This document shows positions 57,316 through 64,000 of a stretch of 64,000 nucleotides of DNA, piece by piece. The notes beneath the pieces are model-generated. The model did not search any database. It was not told where the DNA came from and saw nothing but the letters and a program-made list of their open reading frames with translations. Origin of the DNA: a virus; IMG/VR virus record IMGVR_UViG_3300029448_000003, positions 1 through 64,000 of that record; one strand, 5' to 3'. The position numbers and the translations under genes were made by a program. Each line of letters starts with the position of its first letter. The first letter of the stretch is position 1.

Positions 57316-57590
57316 CAAACGCAAAAAAAGTAATTAAAAAAGTAGTTAAGGGATTAAAAAAAGCTAGTAAATCTCATGCAGGTCAAGCTAAATCATTAGC
57401 GTCTTTAAAATTAAATAAAGGTGGTAGTACTGTAAATAAAGCAGGTAACTATACAAAACCTACTATGCGTAAGAGTTTATTTAATTCTATTAAAGCAGGT
57501 GGTAAGGGTGGTAATCCGGGACAATGGTCTGGAAGAAAAGCTCAAATGTTAGCCAAACAATATAAAGCTAAAGGTGGGGGATACCGATAG
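57312..57590 (+). CDS. Basic protein (B ortholog of 495..782)
   Basis: Alignment by eye. Confidence 0.8.
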   Translation: MTNAKKVIKKVVKGLKKASKSHAGQAKSLASLKLNKGGSTVNKAGNYTKPTMRKSLFNSIKAGGKGGNPGQWSGRKAQMLAKQYKAKGGGYR

Positions 57591-57838
57591 TGGCATTAGC
57601 TAAACCACAAAGGTCTTTAAAAGCATGGGGAAAACAGAAGTGGCGAACAAAATCAGGGAAGCCATCCAAGCAAACAGGAGAAAGATACTTGCCTACAGCG
57701 GCAATAAAAGCTCTAACACCTGCCCAGTATGCGGCAACGACAAAAGCAAAACGGCAAGGAACAAAAAAGGGCAAACAAGCTGTGAAGCAACCGAAGTCAG
57801 TTGCAAGACAAACAGCAAAATATAGGAGATTTACATAG
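57590..57838 (+). CDS. Basic protein (B ortholog of 782..1030)
   Basis: Alignment by eye; GTG start. Confidence 0.8.
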   Translation: MALAKPQRSLKAWGKQKWRTKSGKPSKQTGERYLPTAAIKALTPAQYAATTKAKRQGTKKGKQAVKQPKSVARQTAKYRRFT

Positions 57839-58242
57839 TGCTTGGACTAAGTTCATTATTAGGACCTATTGCTAATATAGCAGGAACGTATATACAAGGA
57901 AAAGTAGACAAGGCAAAAGCCGAAACAGAAGTAAAAGTTGCTCGTGCAAAAGCTGAAGCAAAAGTTTATGAAACAGAAGCAACCTCAAGTATGTTGAATG
58001 AGCAAAGCCTTACTCAACAAATGGCAGGAAGTTGGAAAGATGAATTTTGGACTTTAATCTTTGGAGGGATATTAGTATGTTGTTTTTTACCTTGGACACA
58101 AGAGTATGTTAAAGAGGGGTTTCTTTTCCTCGAAGAAAATACTCCTAATTGGTTTTCTACTTGCCTATATATTTGTATTGGCAGTAGTTTTGGATATAGG
58201 TTCGGTAAGACAGGTCTTCAATTAATAAATAAGAAGGGGTAA
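57838..58242 (+). CDS. Putative holin (B)
   Basis: Ortholog of 1030..1431. Confidence 0.6.
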   Translation: MLGLSSLLGPIANIAGTYIQGKVDKAKAETEVKVARAKAEAKVYETEATSSMLNEQSLTQQMAGSWKDEFWTLIFGGILVCCFLPWTQEYVKEGFLFLEENTPNWFSTCLYICIGSSFGYRFGKTGLQLINKKG

Positions 58243-58245
58243 TCT

Positions 58246-58497
58246 ATGTCTTGTGAGTGTGGAAATGAAAATTGTAAATGTGATGGTGACTTAGTTCCAG
58301 ATAAATTAGCATACCAAGTAAACAAAAGGAGAATGGCATGGGTTTTAATTATTCTTATGGGTATTACTACTATCCTAACTTTGGCTTACCCAAACAGACT
58401 AGCCGAAGCAGAAAGTATACTTATGACACAATATATTTCGATGTGTGGACTGGTTGGAGCATATTTCGGATTTAGTGCATTGAGTGGTAAAAAATAA
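58246..58497 (+). CDS. Two-TM protein (B)
   Basis: Ortholog of 1434..1688. Confidence 0.7.
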   Translation: MSCECGNENCKCDGDLVPDKLAYQVNKRRMAWVLIILMGITTILTLAYPNRLAEAESILMTQYISMCGLVGAYFGFSALSGKK

Positions 58498-58503
58498 TGG
58501 CTT

Positions 58504-58746
58504 ATGGAAGGTATCTTACAATATTGGGAACAGTTAATTTTTTTCTTGACAGCACTTGTAGTAGCTGTTAAACTACACACAGATGTTACAACACTCAAGA
58601 AAGATGTAGAAAAACTAGAAGCCGATTGCCAAAAGGCAAACGATAAGATACAGGATAACTTTGTAAGTTCGGTAAGAACTGAAAGTGCCGTAAAAGAAAC
58701 AGAGAAAAAAATTGAATCTCTATTTCAGTTACATAACAAAGATTAA
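58504..58746 (+). CDS. TM + coiled-coil protein (B)
   Basis: Ortholog of 1863..2114. Confidence 0.75.
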   Translation: MEGILQYWEQLIFFLTALVVAVKLHTDVTTLKKDVEKLEADCQKANDKIQDNFVSSVRTESAVKETEKKIESLFQLHNKD

Positions 58747-58751
58747 AGTTT

Positions 58752-58919
58752 ATGAAAAATGGTTGGGATAACCACGAAGATACTTTTGAAGAAACATTAC
58801 GTAGAGAAATGTTAAAATGGAAAAAGTTATATTTTCTTCTACAAGATGATATGAAAGAATTAACAAAAGCATATTACAAAGTTCTCAAAGAGAATGAACA
58901 ATTAAAAAGGAAACACTAA
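58752..58919 (+). CDS. 55-aa HEDTFEETLRRE protein (B)
   Basis: Read manually; ortholog of 1685..1855. Confidence 0.8.
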   Translation: MKNGWDNHEDTFEETLRREMLKWKKLYFLLQDDMKELTKAYYKVLKENEQLKRKH

Positions 58920-58920
58920 T

Positions 58921-59364
58921 ATGGGCATAGCAAGTAAACTAGCAAGAGCAATAGCAAAAAAAATACCTAAGAAAAAAGTAGATTCAAAAGGTAATACTAA
59001 AAGCATATTTAGAGGGCAGAGTACTAATCAAGCAAAGACACAAAAACCTACAGAAAAACAAAGAAGATACAGAGTTGGACAAGCAAAGGGATTTCTTGCT
59101 GGTGCAGGTACTGTGTTAACTGTTGGTTCAGCCGTGGCTCTGTATAAAAAAGATGCAACTTTTAGATCACGTTTAGATGCAGCACAGAAAGCAGGGAAAG
59201 CTACAGTTAATTATAAAGGAAGTACCTATAAAGTACCAAAAAATAAAATACCTCTACCTGTTTCAAAACCCAAAACAACACCTAGTAAGCTTAAAAAGGG
59301 TAGCAGGATTAGTTATGCTGAAAGATTTAAAGAAATAGAAGATGAAAAAAAAGGAAAGAATTAA
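58921..59364 (+). CDS. Basic protein unique to B
   Basis: 147 aa, cationic amphipathic N-terminus. Confidence 0.7.
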   Translation: MGIASKLARAIAKKIPKKKVDSKGNTKSIFRGQSTNQAKTQKPTEKQRRYRVGQAKGFLAGAGTVLTVGSAVALYKKDATFRSRLDAAQKAGKATVNYKGSTYKVPKNKIPLPVSKPKTTPSKLKKGSRISYAERFKEIEDEKKGKN

Positions 59365-59819
59365 TGGAAACACTTACAGATAGATTAAGAGAAGAGTTAA
59401 AAACAGATGAAGGTTGTAAGTATGAAGTATATTTAGATCACTTAGGTTTACCCACATTTGGTATCGGACATTTAATTACTGACAAAGACCCAGAACACCA
59501 AATGGGAATGGGAACACCTGTCGATGAAATAAGAGTTAATGAAGCATTTGAACAAGATGTGCATGTAACATTAGATGAATGTAGAAAGCTATTTAATGAT
59601 TGGGATAATTTACCTGAAGAAGTAAAACTAATTACAGCTAACATGATGTTTAATATGGGTAGACCTAGATTATCAGGTTTTAAAAAAATGATACAGGCTA
59701 TTAGCGATGGTGATTGGTTAGAAGCAGCAATTCAAATGAAAGATTCTAGATGGTACAAGCAAGTAACAAACAGAGCCGACAGGCTAATAAGCAGAATGAA
59801 AGCTGTAAATTTACAGTAA
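59364..59819 (+). CDS. GH24 lysozyme (B)
   Basis: Ortholog of 2114..2569. Confidence 0.92.
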   Translation: METLTDRLREELKTDEGCKYEVYLDHLGLPTFGIGHLITDKDPEHQMGMGTPVDEIRVNEAFEQDVHVTLDECRKLFNDWDNLPEEVKLITANMMFNMGRPRLSGFKKMIQAISDGDWLEAAIQMKDSRWYKQVTNRADRLISRMKAVNLQ

Positions 59820-59913
59820 GCGAAATTGAAAAACAAAAAAATAGAGAACGGCATAAGCATAATTTGCGTAAATTATTTAAGCCTATTAGTAGACAATTTA
59901 AAGGGAGTAGCAC

Positions 59914-60942
59914 ATGGCAGAAATGCCCTATAACAACAACCAAGAGCCAACAGGTGAACAACTAGGTATTCCGACACCACCTAGACCTCCTATGGGTACG
60001 GCTACACCAGATGCTGTAGCACCAACACCTGTAGCAACACCTATGCCAGATCAAATGCAAACAGTATCAACACCTAGAGAACAAACAGCCGTTGCAACAC
60101 GAGATTGGCAAGCAGAAATTAATGACTTAAAAAGCCGTATGGAAGAGCAAAAAGCACAGTATATAATGCAGATTGAAATGCTAAAAGCTCAATTACAAGC
60201 TCAACAGAAACCAGCACCTGTTCAAGATGTAGAAGCTGTTCAAGAAGTTGTAACACCAATGCCAACACAACCTGTACAGCCACCACGACAAGGACCTACT
60301 GCTGATCCTAGACCGGCTGTAACACCAATGCCAGCAAAGCCTATCATGCCAATGCTACCAACACTACCTGTACAGCCTAATCCTAGAACTACTGGACAGC
60401 TAGAACTTCTTAAAAAGAAACTTGCTGAACAAAGAAAAACATTTGGAACTATGACACCAGAGCAAAGACGTAATTTTTCTGCTAATCAGAGTATACAAAA
60501 AATAATGTCTAACACTATGCTAGACCCAGTAGAACAAAGAAAAAGAGTACGGCAGGTTAAACTAGATTTAGCACATGCAAGACAAATAGAGCAAATGAGA
60601 AAACAAAATGTGCCACCTACAGTTATTATGGATAGATCATTTAGATACAACCTACAAAAAGCTAGACGTAATGCCGTACCCAATGAGCAAATAAGATTAA
60701 TGATTATGCAACATCAACACAGAAAAAAAATGTTTAGGGCACAAAAAGCAGGTGTGTCACGTAAAGAACTAATGAATATGCAAGCTAGTTTTCAAGTAGA
60801 TGTGCTAAACTATAAAAACCGATTAGCGATGGCAACTAAAAAAATGGATGCACGTACACGTAACAGAGATAGGTATAGGTCAATGTATGAGAGATGGAAA
60901 CAGCAAAGAGCACAGGCAAATAGACCAAGGAATGTAAGATGA
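59914..60942 (+). CDS. Pro/Gln/Met/Arg-rich protein unique to B
   Basis: 342 aa; GGGAG RBS; ATGA overlap with TerS-like gene. Confidence 0.75.
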   Translation: MAEMPYNNNQEPTGEQLGIPTPPRPPMGTATPDAVAPTPVATPMPDQMQTVSTPREQTAVATRDWQAEINDLKSRMEEQKAQYIMQIEMLKAQLQAQQKPAPVQDVEAVQEVVTPMPTQPVQPPRQGPTADPRPAVTPMPAKPIMPMLPTLPVQPNPRTTGQLELLKKKLAEQRKTFGTMTPEQRRNFSANQSIQKIMSNTMLDPVEQRKRVRQVKLDLAHARQIEQMRKQNVPPTVIMDRSFRYNLQKARRNAVPNEQIRLMIMQHQHRKKMFRAQKAGVSRKELMNMQASFQVDVLNYKNRLAMATKKMDARTRNRDRYRSMYERWKQQRAQANRPRNVR

Positions 60943-61316
60943 GTAGACAACTAACAGAAAGACAACAAAAATTTATGGATGCCTTATTTAATGATGCTAA
61001 TGGTAATATTACAAATGCTAAAATAATTGCAGGGTATTCTACAAAAACAAATAATCAAGAAATTATTAAGACTTTAAAAGATGAAATAATGGAAGCAACA
61101 CAACTGTATATGGCAAGTAATGCTCCACGAGCTGCTGTAGCAATAGCTGATAGTTTAGATAACCCAACAGAGTTAGGTATTAAAGACAAGATGATTGCTG
61201 CAAAAGAACTGTTAGATAGAACAGGTTTAATAAAAACAGAAAAGGTACAAGTAGAAGCATCAGGTGGTGTAATGCTTATGCCGACTAAGAAACCAATAGA
61301 GGATAATGACGAGTAG
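60939..61316 (+). CDS. Terminase small subunit-like (B)
   Basis: Ortholog of 2848..3225. Confidence 0.7.
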   Translation: MSRQLTERQQKFMDALFNDANGNITNAKIIAGYSTKTNNQEIIKTLKDEIMEATQLYMASNAPRAAVAIADSLDNPTELGIKDKMIAAKELLDRTGLIKTEKVQVEASGGVMLMPTKKPIEDNDE

Positions 61317-61731
61317 AAGTATAGGTAAATGGGATTTACCACAACCACTAGACATGAAAGAACAAAATGAATGGATTGCGATACCAAGAATTGCAAGAAC
61401 TGTTCCTTTTGGTTATGAAATAGACCCTGAAAATGAATACATTCTTAGACCCATACCTCGTGAGTTAGATGCTTTAGAAAAAGCAAAAGAACACTTAAAA
61501 CAGTATTCATATAGACAGGTCGCAAATTGGTTAAGTACTTTTACTGAAAGGTACATTTCCCACATAGGATTAATGAAAAGAGTAAGACGTGAGCAAAAAC
61601 GTAAGAACAAAGCTAGAACTCTCCGTGTCTGGTCAGAATATGCAGAAAAGGCAATACAAACAGCGAAAGAAGAAGCAAAAAGACTTGAAAACCAAAGAAC
61701 AGGTAGTCAGCAAAGTATTAGCTACGGATAG
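61306..61731 (+). CDS. Conserved protein upstream of TerL (B)
   Basis: Ortholog of 3625..4041. Confidence 0.7.
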   Translation: MTSRSIGKWDLPQPLDMKEQNEWIAIPRIARTVPFGYEIDPENEYILRPIPRELDALEKAKEHLKQYSYRQVANWLSTFTERYISHIGLMKRVRREQKRKNKARTLRVWSEYAEKAIQTAKEEAKRLENQRTGSQQSISYG

Positions 61732-63160
61732 TAGTATAGATTATATAGAACCTGTACAAGAAGCAGAGCAAAATGTAGTATTTAAACCTAATGATGGACC
61801 TCAAACAGAGTTTCTTGCTGCAAGCGAAAGAGAAGTTTTATATGGTGGTTCAGCAGGTGGTGGCAAGTCGTTTGCTATGTTAGCTGACCCTCTTAGGTAT
61901 ATGGGTCATTCTTCATTTAGTGGCTTACTATTACGACACACAACAGAAGAGTTAAGAGAACTTATATTTAAGTCACAAGAATTATATCCTAAAGTTTGGA
62001 AGGGTATAAAGTGGTATGAAAGAAAAATGCAATGGGTTGCACCGTCAGGTGCAAGATTGTGGATGTCATACCTTGATAGAGATGAAGATGTGATGCGATA
62101 CCAAGGTTTAGCTTTTAGTTGGATAGGTTTTGACGAATTAACACAATGGGCAACCCCTTTTGCATGGAACTATATGCGTTCACGTTTACGTTCTGTAGCA
62201 TCGGATTTACCTATCTTTATGAGGGCTACAACAAACCCCGGTGGTATAGGACATCAATGGGTTAAGAAAATGTTTATTGACCCTGCACCTTATGGAAAAG
62301 AGTTTGATGCAACAGATATTGAAACAGGAGAAGTCCTTAAATACCCAGCAGGACATAGAAAGGCTGGAAAATCTTTATTCAAACGGAGATTTATTCCTGC
62401 AAGACTATCTGACAATCCATACCTCTCAGAAAGTGGTGACTATGAAGCAATGCTCTTATCCCTTCCTGAACAACAGCGTAAACAGCTTTTGGATGGCGAT
62501 TGGGATATTAAAGAAGGTGCTGCTTTTACCGAGTTTAACAGGGATATACACGTTGTTGAACCTTTTGCTATACCTAATAGTTGGATTAAGTTCCGTGCTT
62601 GTGATTACGGCTACGGAAGTTATTCAGGGGTTCTTTGGTTTGCTGTATCGCCTTCTGAACAGTTGGTGGTATATCGTGAACTTTACGTATCAAAAGTTCT
62701 TGCAACGGACTTAGCAGATAGGATACTAGAGTTAGAAGCTGAAGATGGTAATCTTAAATATGGCATACTAGATTCTAGTTTATGGCACAAAAGAGGTGAC
62801 ACAGGACCTTCTCTAGCAGAACAAATGACTATGAGAGGTTGTCGATTTAGACCATCAGATAGAAGTAAAGGTTCTCGTGTATCAGGTAAAAATGAAGTAC
62901 ACAGACGATTACAAATAGACGATTTTACAAAGGAATCAAGGTTAGTGTTTTTTAACACCTGTACAGAAATAATTGCACAGTTACCTTCTATTCCGTTAGA
63001 TAAAAAAAATCCAGAGGATGTAGATACAAAAGCAGAAGATCACTTGTATGATGCTTTAAGATATGGTATAATGTCAAGACCAAGGTTTAATATATTTGAT
63101 TATGACCCACATATACCAAAAGCAACATTTAAACCTGCAGATTCTACGTTTGGATATTAA
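61589..63160 (+). CDS. terL: Terminase large subunit (B)
   Basis: Same motifs as 3908..5461. Confidence 0.95.
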   Translation: MSKNVRTKLELSVSGQNMQKRQYKQRKKKQKDLKTKEQVVSKVLATDSSIDYIEPVQEAEQNVVFKPNDGPQTEFLAASEREVLYGGSAGGGKSFAMLADPLRYMGHSSFSGLLLRHTTEELRELIFKSQELYPKVWKGIKWYERKMQWVAPSGARLWMSYLDRDEDVMRYQGLAFSWIGFDELTQWATPFAWNYMRSRLRSVASDLPIFMRATTNPGGIGHQWVKKMFIDPAPYGKEFDATDIETGEVLKYPAGHRKAGKSLFKRRFIPARLSDNPYLSESGDYEAMLLSLPEQQRKQLLDGDWDIKEGAAFTEFNRDIHVVEPFAIPNSWIKFRACDYGYGSYSGVLWFAVSPSEQLVVYRELYVSKVLATDLADRILELEAEDGNLKYGILDSSLWHKRGDTGPSLAEQMTMRGCRFRPSDRSKGSRVSGKNEVHRRLQIDDFTKESRLVFFNTCTEIIAQLPSIPLDKKNPEDVDTKAEDHLYDALRYGIMSRPRFNIFDYDPHIPKATFKPADSTFGY

Positions 63161-63169
63161 AGGAAAGTT

Positions 63170-64000
63170 ATGGCAGAAGAAGAAAATACAGAAAATGTAG
63201 TTGAAGACCAGTCTATGCATTTAGAAGATGTTAGCTCTATTGATAAAGAAGAACCTTCTTCAGCTAGTATTGCTATTTTTGTAAAAGATAAGTATAAGAA
63301 AGCAGAAGATGCTAGACGAACAGATGAGCAAAGATGGTTACGTTCATATAGAAATTATAGAGGTTTGTATGGTCCAGATGTTCAGTTTTCAGAAGCAGAA
63401 AAATCTAGAGTATTTATCAAGATAACTAAAACTAAAACTTTGGCTGCGTATAGTCAAATTGTTGACGTTTTATTTGCAGGTAATAAATTTCCTATTAGCG
63501 TTGAGCCAACAGAATTACCTGATGGTGTATCTGAAGATGTACATATAGATATAGAAAAACCAAACAAAGAAGATGAGCAACAACAACCTGAATTAGAGTT
63601 TTCAGGAGATGGTACACCTTTACCTAAAGGGTATCGTTCAGGAGTACAACTAGGTCCTATCGAAGAAAAAATAGCTAAGATGGAAAACGTTACTGTGCAA
63701 GAAGGTCCGGGAACTAAGCCAAAGACAGTAACCTATAGCCCTGCTATGATTGCAGCTAAAAAGATGGAAAAGAAGATCATGGATCAACTTGAAGAATCTA
63801 GTGCTTCTAAACATCTACGTAGCACAGCTTTTGAGATGGCATTGTTTGGCACAGGTGTAATGAAAGGTCCTTTTGCTCTAGATAAAGAATACCCTAATTG
63901 GGAAGAAAATGGTGAATACAATCCTGTATTTAAAACAATACCACAGGTATCTAACGTATCTGTTTGGAATTTTTATCCTGATCCAGATTCAAATAACATG
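63170..64000 (+). CDS. Portal protein (B), 5' partial
   Basis: MAEEENTE...RWLRSYRNYRG...FYPDPD; runs off window end. Confidence 0.9.
   Translation, partial: MAEEENTENVVEDQSMHLEDVSSIDKEEPSSASIAIFVKDKYKKAEDARRTDEQRWLRSYRNYRGLYGPDVQFSEAEKSRVFIKITKTKTLAAYSQIVDVLFAGNKFPISVEPTELPDGVSEDVHIDIEKPNKEDEQQQPELEFSGDGTPLPKGYRSGVQLGPIEEKIAKMENVTVQEGPGTKPKTVTYSPAMIAAKKMEKKIMDQLEESSASKHLRSTAFEMALFGTGVMKGPFALDKEYPNWEENGEYNPVFKTIPQVSNVSVWNFYPDPDSNNM

Larger units (their letters stand above)
56834..64000 (+). repeat. Diverged second copy (genome B) of region 1-6288
   Basis: 56834-56914 identical to 1-81; then orthologous holin, lysozyme, TerS, TerL and portal with many substitutions and different accessory genes. 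Confidence 0.95.

Noticed and set aside
56834-64000. Direct terminal repeat of a single genome
   Set aside because: Copies are identical for only 81 bp, then differ in sequence, gene content and GATC usage.
1-64000. tRNA, rRNA, RNA polymerase, reverse transcriptase/DGR or host chromosomal flanks
   Set aside because: None recognised by eye; tRNAscan and HMM searches would be needed to exclude them formally.

Overview
The window is phage DNA, AT-rich (about one-third GC by eye). Positions 1-56833 look like one complete, circularly permuted genome (genome A, about 56.8 kb) of an HMO-2011-type marine podovirus. The assignment rests on a family A DNA polymerase with a DnaJ-like CxxCxGxG insert, separate primase and helicase, class II RNR, MazG, a P22-like portal/scaffold/capsid/tail set and no RNA polymerase. 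Plus-strand late genes (lysis, packaging, head, tail, ejection) run 53.3-56.9 kb and 0-34.6 kb. Minus-strand early and replication genes run 52.8-34.6 kb. The probable physical end lies near the strand switch at about 53.0 kb. At 56834 the sequence repeats the first 81 bp of the window (3' end of a phage pstS) exactly. It then continues into a related but different genome (B) with a second holin, lysozyme, TerS, TerL and portal, swapped accessory genes, and GATC sites that A appears to lack. This is either an assembly chimera or a recombinant concatemer. The most unusual signals are: (i) a repeated early-region unit of conserved-loop hairpin + RBS + single gene + 16-bp palindrome, a candidate gene-cassette or regulatory system, with a decayed tyrosine integrase about 5 kb away; (ii) a hydrophobic-x-x-GG motif shared by many unrelated late proteins, with a GEFVF-domain gene in the prohead-protease position; (iii) an unannotated ArfA-like peptide; (iv) pstS in the late operon; (v) apparent GATC and CCWGG avoidance. 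All family assignments are from motif recognition by eye; no searches were run.
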